From positions 1 to 52,527 of the forward strand of contig JAZQBR010000274.1 in assembly GCA_045545855.1 (NCBI GenBank): a DNA stretch of 52,527 nt, written 5' to 3'. Origin of the DNA: Kiritimatiellia bacterium (GTDB lineage Bacteria > Verrucomicrobiota > Kiritimatiellia > RFP12 > UBA1067). Both the position numbers and the translations under genes were made by a program. The notes beneath the pieces are model-generated. The model saw only the letters and a list, made by a program, of their open reading frames with translations, was not told where the DNA came from and ran no database searches. This document shows, piece after piece, positions 15,920-25,714 of this stretch (positions are counted from its first letter, which is position 1; each line of letters opens with the position of its first letter).

Positions 15920-18571
15920 TCAACGAATGATTAACATAAGCCCGCCCCCAAACAACTTTTCGGCTTCAGGCCCGATTGCGCTGAAATTTGTGAGTCCGCC
16001 GTCTTGCGACTTCGGCAAATACGCCTTCTCGTCGATAAAATCCCACAAACCCACAAGGCCGTTCTTCAAGCGAACAGGCTGGAACTTGCGAACGCACTCT
16101 CCGTTCTGCCGAATCTTCAGCCAGTAGAGGCGCGACTTCGCGAATGAAGCGGCCGTGCCATTTTTGTTGTTTGCGAAGAGATAGAGGTTGATCTGCGTGT
16201 CGATATCATCGACGAGCTCACGTTTCGCAACGACTTTGGAGGCGCCGGTATCGTCGTCGACGACAACCACACTCTGCGAGCCTGCCGCGAACGAGACGCG
16301 GGCGTGGGTCTTGGTGCCGTTGGGCAGGGGGTATGCGTCCGAATTGGTGGCGGGGTTCCAGTCGGATACCTTCGCCGTCGGGTCTGCGAGGCTCGGCGTC
16401 CAGTATTCGCTACCGTAGCCGAGTCCAAGCGCGAACTCCGTGCGGTGGTACCACATGTAGAACCGCTCGGTCTGCCAATTGGCGGTGACCGAACCCAGGA
16501 AGCATTCCTCGACTTTCTGGTTGTCGCAGAGGCTCGTCTCGACGAATTCGGCCACCGTCCCCGACTTGCCGATGACGCCGGTATCGATGTACTGCGTACC
16601 GTCTGTTTCGACAAATTCTAGATATGCGTCGACAGGGGAAAGCGCCGATTCTTCCGTAACCGCGCCCGTGTTGCCTTCGGCGGGGATGGCGGGGACGGGG
16701 TAGAAGATGCGCTGCGACACCGTATCGTAGAGCGCGGCCTGACCATCCTTCACGCACGGCTTGAAGTTGCGCACCGGCGTCTCGCCGTCCTGGTAGATCG
16801 TGAGTCCGTAGCAGCATGCGGCGGAGCGGTAGATGGGCTTCTTGTTCTTCGCGTCGTTAGCGGCGAAGAGGTAGAGCGAGCCATTGCCGTTGGCTTCGCC
16901 AGACCAGGTCCAGGTGTGCGCGTTGGTCGTCTCGCCATTGACGGGAGCGAGTGTAAACGGCTGCGAGCCGGCCGCGAACGAGATGTCGAAGAAGTATCGC
17001 ACGTTGGCAGCGGCCGCGCCGATCGACCCCCAGGTGTCCTTGTTATTCCCGTACCCTACCCAGAACTTCTGAGTTGTTTGGTCAATCATATAGAAGCGGT
17101 TTGCGTCATTCTCGCTGTTATAGCAGCCGCAGGCGAGATAGGAGTGGTGGGTCTCGTCGAGATACTGCTTTTCCTCCGTCGCCGAGCGCATCTGCGTCCA
17201 GCTGAACGTTCCCGTCGCGCGGGTCGGCGAATTGGCGGCGACCTGCGTATCGAGGTGCGAGAAGCCGTCCGATTCGATGTAATCGACATACACGACCTCG
17301 TCCGGAGACGCTGCAACCGAGTTGTCGTAGCCGAGCGGATCGCCCTCCGGATAGAAGATGGTCTTCGAGACGTCGTCGTAGAGCGCGGCCTGACCGTATT
17401 TGAGGCACGGGCGGAAGTCGCGGACCAGTTCGCCGTCCTGGAAGAGCTGCAGCCAGTAGACGCGCGCCTTGCCCCAGTACTGCTTGGCGAGCGCGCTGCC
17501 GCTCTGGTTGCAGCAGAAGAGATACAGGCTGCGGCCGGTGTCGATGTCGGTGTCGCTGGTTCCTTCGTAACTGCTCACGACAGTCCCCTCGGAAACTCCC
17601 TCGCGGACGGTAATCGTCTGCGCGCCGACGGCATACGACGAATCGACATGGTATCTTTCGCCGGGGGTCAAGGATCCGAAATTGCCATACGAACCGTAGC
17701 CCCAGAGCCACTTGTCGCCGCCATTGCGGTGCGCGAGGTAGAAACGCTTGTTGGTGCCGTCGCGCGAATCCAAGAGCGCCTGGTCGGAGCTCTCCCCGAT
17801 CCAGGCCATCTCCATCTTCGCGGCAGTGCCCGAGCGGCCCGTCACCTTGGTGTCGATGTAGGAGTTGCCGAAGGACTCCACGTAGTCGATGAAAGCGTCG
17901 GGTACGTCGCAATTCGTGTCATAGGTCAGGTCCGTGCCGGAAGCGGAATAGTAGATGACGTCGTTCTGGGCGTCGTAGAGGCCAGCGCGGCCATTGTGGA
18001 CGCATGGCTTGAAGTCGCGCACGAGGGTGCCGTCCTGCCAGATCTTCAGCCCGTAGCAGCGTGTCTTGGAATAGCCGTACGGCGAACCATTATGGTTCAT
18101 TGCGAAGATATAAAGGTTCAACTCCGTGTCGAGCCCCTGCTTGACGACAGAATCGGCCGCTGTGCCATCAATAGTGACGGTAGCTGTAGCATTACCATCA
18201 CCGTCGAGTGCTGAAATATCGGTCGTGTACGTATAAACGCGCTTCTTTTCGAACAAAAGATCGTACTCCTTGTGGACATTGTTCTTAGTGCGATAACCGA
18301 GGAACATCTGCCCTGAGGCATTGCTACAGTGGCACAAGAAGAATCGCTTATCCCCAACCCAGTCGCCGCAGGCGAGGAATGAACTGTCGGCAAAATTCAT
18401 CCACTCGACCTTGCATTCGGCCTTTGTGCCGTACCGGCCGACAATGCCCGTGTCGACATATTGCGAGCCTGTCGCCTCGACATAGCGCACGAACTTGTCG
18501 GGCGTTTCAGCGAAAAGGTCAGCGCCGACGGCTAAAGCGCCAATAATGGCGAGCAAAGTATTTGCTTTCAT
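15920..18571 (-). CDS. exported protein made of four tandem ~200-aa copies of an uncharacterised domain
   Basis: 883-aa ORF with signal MKANTLLAIIGALAVGADLFA. Each module begins [FY][VIL][DRE][YF]VE-x-x-G-x-[QS]Y[IV]DT and ends LY[IL]F-x-x-N..Y-x-L-x-I-x-Q[DN]G..VR-x-F-x-P[CV]..G-x-x-[GA]L[YW]D. The ATG overlaps the stop of the upstream hydrolase (ATGA). The protein ends GGGLMLIIR. Confidence 0.85.
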   Translation of the reverse strand: MKANTLLAIIGALAVGADLFAETPDKFVRYVEATGSQYVDTGIVGRYGTKAECKVEWMNFADSSFLACGDWVGDKRFFLCHCSNASGQMFLGYRTKNNVHKEYDLLFEKKRVYTYTTDISALDGDGNATATVTIDGTAADSVVKQGLDTELNLYIFAMNHNGSPYGYSKTRCYGLKIWQDGTLVRDFKPCVHNGRAGLYDAQNDVIYYSASGTDLTYDTNCDVPDAFIDYVESFGNSYIDTKVTGRSGTAAKMEMAWIGESSDQALLDSRDGTNKRFYLAHRNGGDKWLWGYGSYGNFGSLTPGERYHVDSSYAVGAQTITVREGVSEGTVVSSYEGTSDTDIDTGRSLYLFCCNQSGSALAKQYWGKARVYWLQLFQDGELVRDFRPCLKYGQAALYDDVSKTIFYPEGDPLGYDNSVAASPDEVVYVDYIESDGFSHLDTQVAANSPTRATGTFSWTQMRSATEEKQYLDETHHSYLACGCYNSENDANRFYMIDQTTQKFWVGYGNNKDTWGSIGAAAANVRYFFDISFAAGSQPFTLAPVNGETTNAHTWTWSGEANGNGSLYLFAANDAKNKKPIYRSAACCYGLTIYQDGETPVRNFKPCVKDGQAALYDTVSQRIFYPVPAIPAEGNTGAVTEESALSPVDAYLEFVETDGTQYIDTGVIGKSGTVAEFVETSLCDNQKVEECFLGSVTANWQTERFYMWYHRTEFALGLGYGSEYWTPSLADPTAKVSDWNPATNSDAYPLPNGTKTHARVSFAAGSQSVVVVDDDTGASKVVAKRELVDDIDTQINLYLFANNKNGTAASFAKSRLYWLKIRQNGECVRKFQPVRLKNGLVGLWDFIDEKAYLPKSQDGGLTNFSAIGPEAEKLFGGGLMLIIR
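16004..18493 (-). repeat. four in-frame tandem protein modules (aa 27-218, 226-416, 427-626, 648-856)
   Basis: Module boundaries were set by eye from the recurring YVE..G.QYIDTG start and the LYLFA..Y.LKI.QDG..VR.F.PC...G.A.LYD end motifs. Divergence is at the protein level, not near-identical DNA. Confidence 0.7.
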
Positions 18572-20301
18572 TTTGTTCCTTCCTTTTTTTGGGTTGATTG
18601 CGAGTTGGAAACGGTGCTGTCGCCGCCCGCACGCCGCCTATACATGCCTGAGGCGGTCTTTCGCACGGATGTGACAAGTTCCATGTGCGGCGCATCGACA
18701 ATAGAGACAAGACCTATGGCAAAATTCTCGCCGTCCAGTCGTCCCGTGAGCGGCTGATCCTGCCACTGAAACCAGTGCGCACCGACGTAGCGCGGATGGT
18801 CGAGACAGGCGTTCACGTAATTACTGTAGCATTCCGCCCGTTCCGCTTGGCTGCCTGCCGCGGCAATTCCCGGATGGAACATGCCGCGGTCGGTCGCGCC
18901 GAAATGGAACTCTGAAACGAGCATCGGCTTGTCGAGCGCCCTTGCCGGCAAATCGCGCTTCGGCGAGGTGTTGTAGATGTTGACGCTTACGACGTCGCAA
19001 TACCTAGCGCATTCTTCATACACCGCGTCGGACCCTTTCGCGATTCGCGAACCGAGGTAGAGGATGTCCGGCGCGGCGGCCTTCACCGCGTCGCGCACGG
19101 TGCGATAGTATTTTGCAGCGACATCGCGGTGAACGAGCGCGAACACTTTGTCCGGGGCGTTCGTCACGGACGCATCGAGCAGGGCGTCCCAGCTTGCGTA
19201 GTTCGCGCGCCATGCGTCGTTTAGCGCGGCTATCGAACCGTAATGTTCTTTCAGGCTCTTGACGGCGGCGATTTTGGCAGGCTGCGCGGCGGGGGATTTG
19301 AAGACGGCGCGGCCAATCGCCATATCGTCGTCGCCCCAACTCAATTCGTTGTCGACGAACCAGCCGACGCACCACGGGTCGCTGCCGGAAAGAGCCGCTT
19401 CGTCGGCGACGGCTTTGCGCAGGTTTTCAGCGAACTCCGGAGCGAACGGGTCGCGGAGTTTTCCCCACCAGCCAATCGAGGCTTCGATGAAGGGACCTTT
19501 AGTGGAAAGTTTTACCGTATAAGGGATTTTCCCGCTGCGCTGTACCGAGGCATCGCTCCAGCTCGATACGGTGTTCAGCCCCCAAGCGCGGAGACGCGCG
19601 AGGGAACGCGCCGGGAAGGAGGACTTCCATTCGTCGCCGTATTTCCGGAAGGCGTTTGCGCGTGCGAAATCGAAAGTGTCGAACGGCACGTTGGCGGCGT
19701 CCTTGTAAAACCCGTGCGAAGCCGCCGTCCATTGCCTGCCGCAGAACATACCGAAGTCAGGATCGTTTTTTGCAGGGAGCCATGAGAAATAGTCTTCGCG
19801 GCCGGTCGTGCCGGTCGGCGAGTCCTGCCGCACGGCATTCACGCCGAGCGAAAAGAAGAGCCTGCCCTCAGGGTCGACAAGCCACCATTTGCCGGCCCGC
19901 TTCTCGGTTCGAAAGCGTCCTGTCGCTTCGAGCTGCGGCCCGCCGGCCCAGCCGCCGTATTTGTCTGCGTCGCAGACAGGGCCGTCCGGATCGGCGGCGA
20001 GCATGGCGAACTCTTTCTTGCCCTGGGCGGCGAGTTCTTCGTCGCTATGGATTTTGCCCGGCCAATCGTCGTGCATGAATTGCCCGTACTTGTCCACGAA
20101 CGGCAAGAAAGTCCTGGCACAGATGATTTTATCTGCCGCCGCGCCCGCCTGGGGATATCCGCGCATCCCGTCCAGCGCAAGCGCTTCGTCCAGCGCATAT
20201 CGCGCGACGCCTTCGGCAAACGCGGCAAAGCACGCTGCCAGCGCGGCAAGAAAAACGCCTACCGCCCGCATCATCTGGCTATCTGGCACAATCCTTTGCA
20301 T
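18568..20301 (-). CDS. clan GH-A (TIM-barrel) glycoside hydrolase, GH50/GH42-like, exported
   Basis: ORF 18568..20436 trimmed to ATG 20301 (MQRIVPDSQMMRAVGVFLAALAACFAAFAEG). ATG 20274/20271 are alternative starts. Candidate acid/base WFVDNELSW and nucleophile MLVSEFHFGA. I recognise the overall family only loosely. Confidence 0.7.
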   Translation of the reverse strand: MQRIVPDSQMMRAVGVFLAALAACFAAFAEGVARYALDEALALDGMRGYPQAGAAADKIICARTFLPFVDKYGQFMHDDWPGKIHSDEELAAQGKKEFAMLAADPDGPVCDADKYGGWAGGPQLEATGRFRTEKRAGKWWLVDPEGRLFFSLGVNAVRQDSPTGTTGREDYFSWLPAKNDPDFGMFCGRQWTAASHGFYKDAANVPFDTFDFARANAFRKYGDEWKSSFPARSLARLRAWGLNTVSSWSDASVQRSGKIPYTVKLSTKGPFIEASIGWWGKLRDPFAPEFAENLRKAVADEAALSGSDPWCVGWFVDNELSWGDDDMAIGRAVFKSPAAQPAKIAAVKSLKEHYGSIAALNDAWRANYASWDALLDASVTNAPDKVFALVHRDVAAKYYRTVRDAVKAAAPDILYLGSRIAKGSDAVYEECARYCDVVSVNIYNTSPKRDLPARALDKPMLVSEFHFGATDRGMFHPGIAAAGSQAERAECYSNYVNACLDHPRYVGAHWFQWQDQPLTGRLDGENFAIGLVSIVDAPHMELVTSVRKTASGMYRRRAGGDSTVSNSQSTQKKEGTK

Positions 20302-20314
20302 ATGTTTGCTTGGA

Positions 20315-20323
20315 ATTTTAGCA
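20315..20323 (-). promoter_or_regulatory. extended -10-like element TGCTAAAAT for the hydrolase operon
   Basis: Plus-strand ATTTTAGCA. It lies 13 nt before ATG 20301, which implies a very short leader if that ATG is used. Confidence 0.4.
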
Positions 20324-20355
20324 TTTTCCCTAGGTTTTCGCAAGACAAAGATGCT

Positions 20356-20391
20356 GTATTTTCGCCAAAAGAAATACGGCATTTTCGCCAA
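20356..20391. promoter_or_regulatory. 13-bp direct repeat, candidate operator for the adjacent AraC/XylR-type regulator
   Basis: GTATTTTCGCCAA (20356-68) and GCATTTTCGCCAA (20379-91) match at 12 of 13 positions, with 23 bp centre-to-centre spacing. They lie between the divergent -10 elements at 20315-23 (minus) and 20408-16 (plus). Confidence 0.5.
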
Positions 20392-20407
20392 CGGCACTGT
20401 CATTATG

Positions 20408-20416
20408 TGGTATAAT
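20408..20416 (+). promoter_or_regulatory. extended -10 element TGGTATAAT; predicts leaderless mRNA for the regulator gene
   Basis: TGGTATAAT on the plus strand. Only 7 nt (ATGCGCC) separate the hexamer from ATG 20424. Confidence 0.55.
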
Positions 20417-20423
20417 ATGCGCC

Positions 20424-21632
20424 ATGAACGACACACGGCGCAAAGTTGTCATAGCAATACCCACGAACGGGAACGACGGACGCGAGATGATGTCCGGCGT
20501 TTTCGACTTCGTGAATTCGCATCCGGATTGGGAAATCCATTTGATAAACACGCGCACCGATATAGCGAACGGGGCGCTGGAACGCCACGCCAAGGATGCG
20601 GACGGGATATTTCTTTCGATCGCCTGCAACCCCCGATTGCTTCAAAAGCTGCTGTCCGCGACGAAAATCAAGATAGTGATATCTGAAGACGGCCTCGTCC
20701 CGCTGTTCGCCGGCCGTGCGAATTGCGGGACGATAGTGCTGGACAGCGTATCGATAGGCGAGGAAGCTGCGCGATACTTCAACGGGCTCGGGAGGTTTGC
20801 ATCATACGGTTTTGTGCACGGGCACAAGCGTTTTGCGTGGTCGGAGGAACGCGAGGCGGGATTTCGCAAAGGCAAGGCGGACAATACCGCGCTTGAAATC
20901 TATTCACAGGAAGGAGACGCGGCTGGCGGAACGCTGACAAGCGCGATCGACCACGATCGGCTGGCGGAATGGCTGGCCGGGCTGCCGAAACCTGCGGCAG
21001 TATTCGGGGCGAACGATCTGTTCGCGCGAGACGTGCTGGAAGTATGCGAGCGGCTGGGCCTGAAGGTGCCGCAGCAGGTTTCGGTGGTTGGATGCGACAA
21101 CGATCCGCTGATCTGCCCGAGTACGAAAGTGCCGCTCACGAGCTTCCAGCTACCGTTCCGCGAACTGGGCTACCGGGGCGCTGAAATGCTTGCGCGCCTG
21201 ATGGACGGCGGCAAAGCGCCGCGCAAACCGATACGCGTGGCGGGGACGCGGTTGTTCGAGCGAGGCTCGTCCGCCCCCGTTCCGCCTGCGAGCGCGCTTG
21301 TGGAGAGGGCGAAAACGCATATCGCCGCCGCGGCATGCGACGGATTGCGTGCGAGCGACGTGGCCGCGCACCTCGGGGTGTCGCGCAGCCTGCTGGATCT
21401 GAGGTTCAGGCAGATTTGCGGCAAGACGGTTCTCGAAGAAATCAACGACCGGCGGCTCGAAGAAGTAAAGCGTTTGCTGGCGGAGACGAATCTGACGATT
21501 CTCCAGGCCGGGAAACAGGCGGGGTTCAACGACCCCGACAATTTGAAGCGGCTGTTCAGAAAACGTTTCGGCGTGACGATGAGAGAATGGAGAAGCGAGA
21601 GGGCAAGGCGACCCAAGAGACCGGCGGGCTAG
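20424..21632 (+). CDS. XylR-like transcriptional regulator: periplasmic-binding-protein-like sugar-sensor domain fused to an AraC-type HTH
   Basis: 402-aa ORF and the only convincing plus-strand gene. LacI/PBP-like N-terminal two thirds (AAVFGANDLFARDVLEVCERLGLKVPQQVSVVGCDND). C-terminal AraC HTH (LLAETNLTILQAGKQAGFNDPDNLKRLFRKRFGVTMREWR). Confidence 0.85.
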   Translation: MNDTRRKVVIAIPTNGNDGREMMSGVFDFVNSHPDWEIHLINTRTDIANGALERHAKDADGIFLSIACNPRLLQKLLSATKIKIVISEDGLVPLFAGRANCGTIVLDSVSIGEEAARYFNGLGRFASYGFVHGHKRFAWSEEREAGFRKGKADNTALEIYSQEGDAAGGTLTSAIDHDRLAEWLAGLPKPAAVFGANDLFARDVLEVCERLGLKVPQQVSVVGCDNDPLICPSTKVPLTSFQLPFRELGYRGAEMLARLMDGGKAPRKPIRVAGTRLFERGSSAPVPPASALVERAKTHIAAAACDGLRASDVAAHLGVSRSLLDLRFRQICGKTVLEEINDRRLEEVKRLLAETNLTILQAGKQAGFNDPDNLKRLFRKRFGVTMREWRSERARRPKRPAG

Positions 21633-22270
21633 TCGTCGATGGCGCAAAGGAGATTGTCGACTGTGAACGGCTCGCCTTTGCGGCGCATGACGAGGATGCG
21701 CGAAATGAGCGCCGACTCGAAGTCTGTCAGCCGGACGCCATCCTTGCGGTCCTGGAGAATCGTGACAAGGTCGTTGGCCGTGACTTTGTATCTGGGCTCG
21801 CCGCGCTTGACGAAAAGACCTGTCAGCCAGACGGCGACCGCCGTGAGCGGGGCGAGAATATCTGAAAACACGCCAAAAGCCGGGGCGGCTTTGACGAGGC
21901 GGCTTAATGGCCGGGCCGAGAAAAAAAGCTTCGGCAGGAACTCGCTCAGATAGAGCACCGTGAAGGCTGCGGCTATGGACCAGACGGCACGGCCGGCCGG
22001 CGAGTCGGGGAAGGCCCTCGCCGACAACGCGGCCGAGGCTGACGAGAAGGCGACATTGGCCAGATTGTTGCCGACGAGAAGAGAGGCGAGAGTGCGCGAC
22101 ATATCGGCAAGAGCCTTCTGCAACACCTTTGCGGCGGCGCTCCCCTCCCGGACAAGATGCAGGATGCGGCCGCGATTGACCGAGAAGAACCCCGTTTCGA
22201 CGCCGGCGCAGAACGCGGCAAGGGCGAGCGAAAGCAGCATCGCGGCGAAAAGAAGAAGCGAGACGATCAT
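21629..22270 (-). CDS. CNNM/DUF21 transmembrane-domain-only protein (no CBS pair, no CorC_HlyC domain)
   Basis: 213-aa ORF with a DUF21-like start (GVETGFFSVNRGRILHLVREGSAAAKV..LLVGNNLANV). It stops where the CBS pair would begin. The ATG overlaps the stop of the full-length paralogue (ATGA). Confidence 0.75.
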   Translation of the reverse strand: MIVSLLLFAAMLLSLALAAFCAGVETGFFSVNRGRILHLVREGSAAAKVLQKALADMSRTLASLLVGNNLANVAFSSASAALSARAFPDSPAGRAVWSIAAAFTVLYLSEFLPKLFFSARPLSRLVKAAPAFGVFSDILAPLTAVAVWLTGLFVKRGEPRYKVTANDLVTILQDRKDGVRLTDFESALISRILVMRRKGEPFTVDNLLCAIDD

Positions 22271-23532
22271 TCGTTCTCCTCCTCGGTCTTTTCGACCTGT
22301 TCGTCCGTCTCGGCGATAAGCTCGTCATCGGTGTCGGCCTCGGGGTGCTTGAGAACCTCAAGCCGGACAAGCGTGACGCGGCGGCGGCGGCGCTTGAGGA
22401 TGGTCGCGCGGCAGCCCTGGGCCTCGATCTGCTGGCCGACGTGAGGGATGCGCTCGGCGTGAAAGGCCACCCAGCCGGCGAGCCGGTCTGCGTCCTCGGC
22501 TTCCAGCTCGATATCGAGCTCGCGGTTTATTTCATCAAGCGAGGCGCGACCGTCGATAATCCAGGTATTGCGCGACTTCTGGACAATGCGAGGCTCGTCA
22601 TCGGCGCTATCGCCGAAGACCGCAGGGCCGAGGATGAGCTCCATGACATCGTTCACGGTAATGATGCCGGCGGTACCGCCGAACTCGTCGGTAACAACAG
22701 CCATAGGCTTGCCGGACTTTCTGAAAGTCATGAGCAGGTCGTCAAGCGTCACCTGCTCGGGGACGAACAGGGCGTCCTCGACCTTGCCCGTGCGGGCATC
22801 GATAATCCCCTCGATGGCGTCGGGCGTCCGGCGGTAGACCGGCAGCCAATGGTGGCGGGCGTTTTTTAGGCGCTCGGCACGGATGAAGTCCGGATAGTCG
22901 GAGTCGAACCCCTCTATATCGACGCGCGGGGTCATCTCGTCGTTGGCGTGAAGCTCCGAGAGGCGCAGAACACCCGCAATCATCTCTGCATCGTCGGCTG
23001 CGAAGTCGCCGCGTTCGGCGGCAACTTCCAGGACCGAGACGAGTTCCGCGTCCGAGAGAGCGCGGCGTTCGCGCTCGACGGCGCCTGAAAACGCGCGCGC
23101 CGAGAAGCGGAAGGCGAAGTTGATAGGCTTGAGGACGGCGCGCCAGAAGAGGAGGAAGCGCGCGCAAGCCGGGGCCAACGCCTCGGCGTGGCGCAGAGCG
23201 AGGCGCTTCGGGGTGATTTCGCCGAAGAGAAGCAGCAGCACGGTCATCACAGGAACCGCGGCCAGACCGCCCCAGCGCGGGAAGGCGGCAGAGAACAGCA
23301 TGTAGCCGACGGTCGCGATGGCGAAGTTGACGATGGTATTGCCGACGAGTATGGTCGACAGCAGCATCGCCGAGTCGCCGACGCACTCCGCGATGGCGGC
23401 GTCGGCGGAGCGCGAACGGGCGCGGATGCGCGAGCGCTGCACGCCGGTAAGCGAGAATATAAGCGTCTCGGAGCCGGAGAACAGCGCCGAAAGTACGAAG
23501 AACAGCACCAGTGCTGACAGAGCCGCCGCCAC
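22267..23532 (-). CDS. CNNM-family (TlyC/CorC 'hemolysin') protein: DUF21 + CBS pair + CorC_HlyC domain
   Basis: 421-aa ORF with SGSETLIFSL, LLSTILVGNTIVN, the CBS region EMTPRVDIEGF..MAVVTDEFGGTAGIITVNDVMELI, and the C-terminal transporter-associated domain WIIDGRASLDEINREL. Confidence 0.85.
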   Translation of the reverse strand: MAAALSALVLFFVLSALFSGSETLIFSLTGVQRSRIRARSRSADAAIAECVGDSAMLLSTILVGNTIVNFAIATVGYMLFSAAFPRWGGLAAVPVMTVLLLLFGEITPKRLALRHAEALAPACARFLLFWRAVLKPINFAFRFSARAFSGAVERERRALSDAELVSVLEVAAERGDFAADDAEMIAGVLRLSELHANDEMTPRVDIEGFDSDYPDFIRAERLKNARHHWLPVYRRTPDAIEGIIDARTGKVEDALFVPEQVTLDDLLMTFRKSGKPMAVVTDEFGGTAGIITVNDVMELILGPAVFGDSADDEPRIVQKSRNTWIIDGRASLDEINRELDIELEAEDADRLAGWVAFHAERIPHVGQQIEAQGCRATILKRRRRRVTLVRLEVLKHPEADTDDELIAETDEQVEKTEEENE

Positions 23533-23548
23533 TTCGCGCCGCCAGCCG

Positions 23549-23875
23549 TCAGAAGTGCTTGACGCGCGGGGTGAAGCCGCGCGCCTCTTCGGGCGACAAC
23601 GCGGCGAACGCCATGACTATAAGGCGGTCGCCGACCTTGCCCATATGAGCGGCCGCGCCGTTCAGGCAGCAAACGTGACTGCCGCGGCGCCCTTCTATCG
23701 CGTAAGTCTCGAAGCGATTGCCGTTCTCGACATCGGCGCACAATATCTTCTCGTAGGGAAGAATGCCGACAGCCTCCATGTCATCGGGATCGAGAGAGAG
23801 CGAGCCCTCGTAGTCGAGGCACGCCTCGGTCACGCGAATGCGATGGAGCTTTGACTTGAGTATCGTGAGCTGCAT
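23549..23875 (-). CDS. panD: aspartate 1-decarboxylase (pyruvoyl-dependent)
   Basis: 108-aa [32 protein letters not shown], with the Gly-Ser self-cleavage site, and [13 protein letters not shown]. Confidence 0.9.
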   Translation of the reverse strand: MQLTILKSKLHRIRVTEACLDYEGSLSLDPDDMEAVGILPYEKILCADVENGNRFETYAIEGRRGSHVCCLNGAAAHMGKVGDRLIVMAFAALSPEEARGFTPRVKHF

Positions 23876-23881
23876 AGCGGG

Positions 23882-25116
<1,235 letters not shown>

Positions 25117-25120
<4 letters not shown>

Positions 25121-25707
25121 GCCTGAGCCTCTACGACTTGATCTATAAGCCCCCACTCCTTCGCCTCGGCCGCAGACATGAAGTGATCGCGATCGGTGTC
25201 GCGCACCACCTCGTCGAACGCGCGACCGGAGTGCTTGGCGAGAATCCCGTTGAGGATATCTTTGAGGCGCAGTATCTCGCGCGCGGTAATCTCGATGTCG
25301 CTGGCCTTGCCCTCGGCGCCGCCCCACGGCTGATGGATCATGATGCGCGAGTTGGGCAGCGCGAAGCGCTTGCCCTTGGCGCCGGCCGTCAGCAGCACGG
25401 CGCCCATCGACGCGGCCTGACCGATGCAGTATGTGGCCACGGGGCACTTCACGAACTGCATCGTATCGTAGATCGCGAGCCCCGCCGTAACGCTGCCGCC
25501 GGGCGAGTTGATGTAGACGCTTATATCCTTCTTCGCGTCCTGCGACTGCAGAAAGAGAAGCTGGGCGCAGACCGCGTTGGCCATCTCGTCGTTCACCTCG
25601 CCGGAGACGAAGACGATACGATCGAGGAGAAGGCGCGAGTAGATGTCATACGTCCGTTCGCCCTTGCCGGTCTGCTCGACCACATACGGAATCATGTACG
25701 AATTCAT
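25117..25707 (-). CDS. clpP: ATP-dependent Clp protease proteolytic subunit ClpP (196 aa)
   Basis: ORF 25117..25776 trimmed to ATG 25707 ([13 protein letters not shown]), because the tig stop is at 25715. ATG 25695 is an alternative. Catalytic-triad context: [26 protein letters not shown]. Confidence 0.95.
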
Positions 25708-25714
25708 GTGCTTC

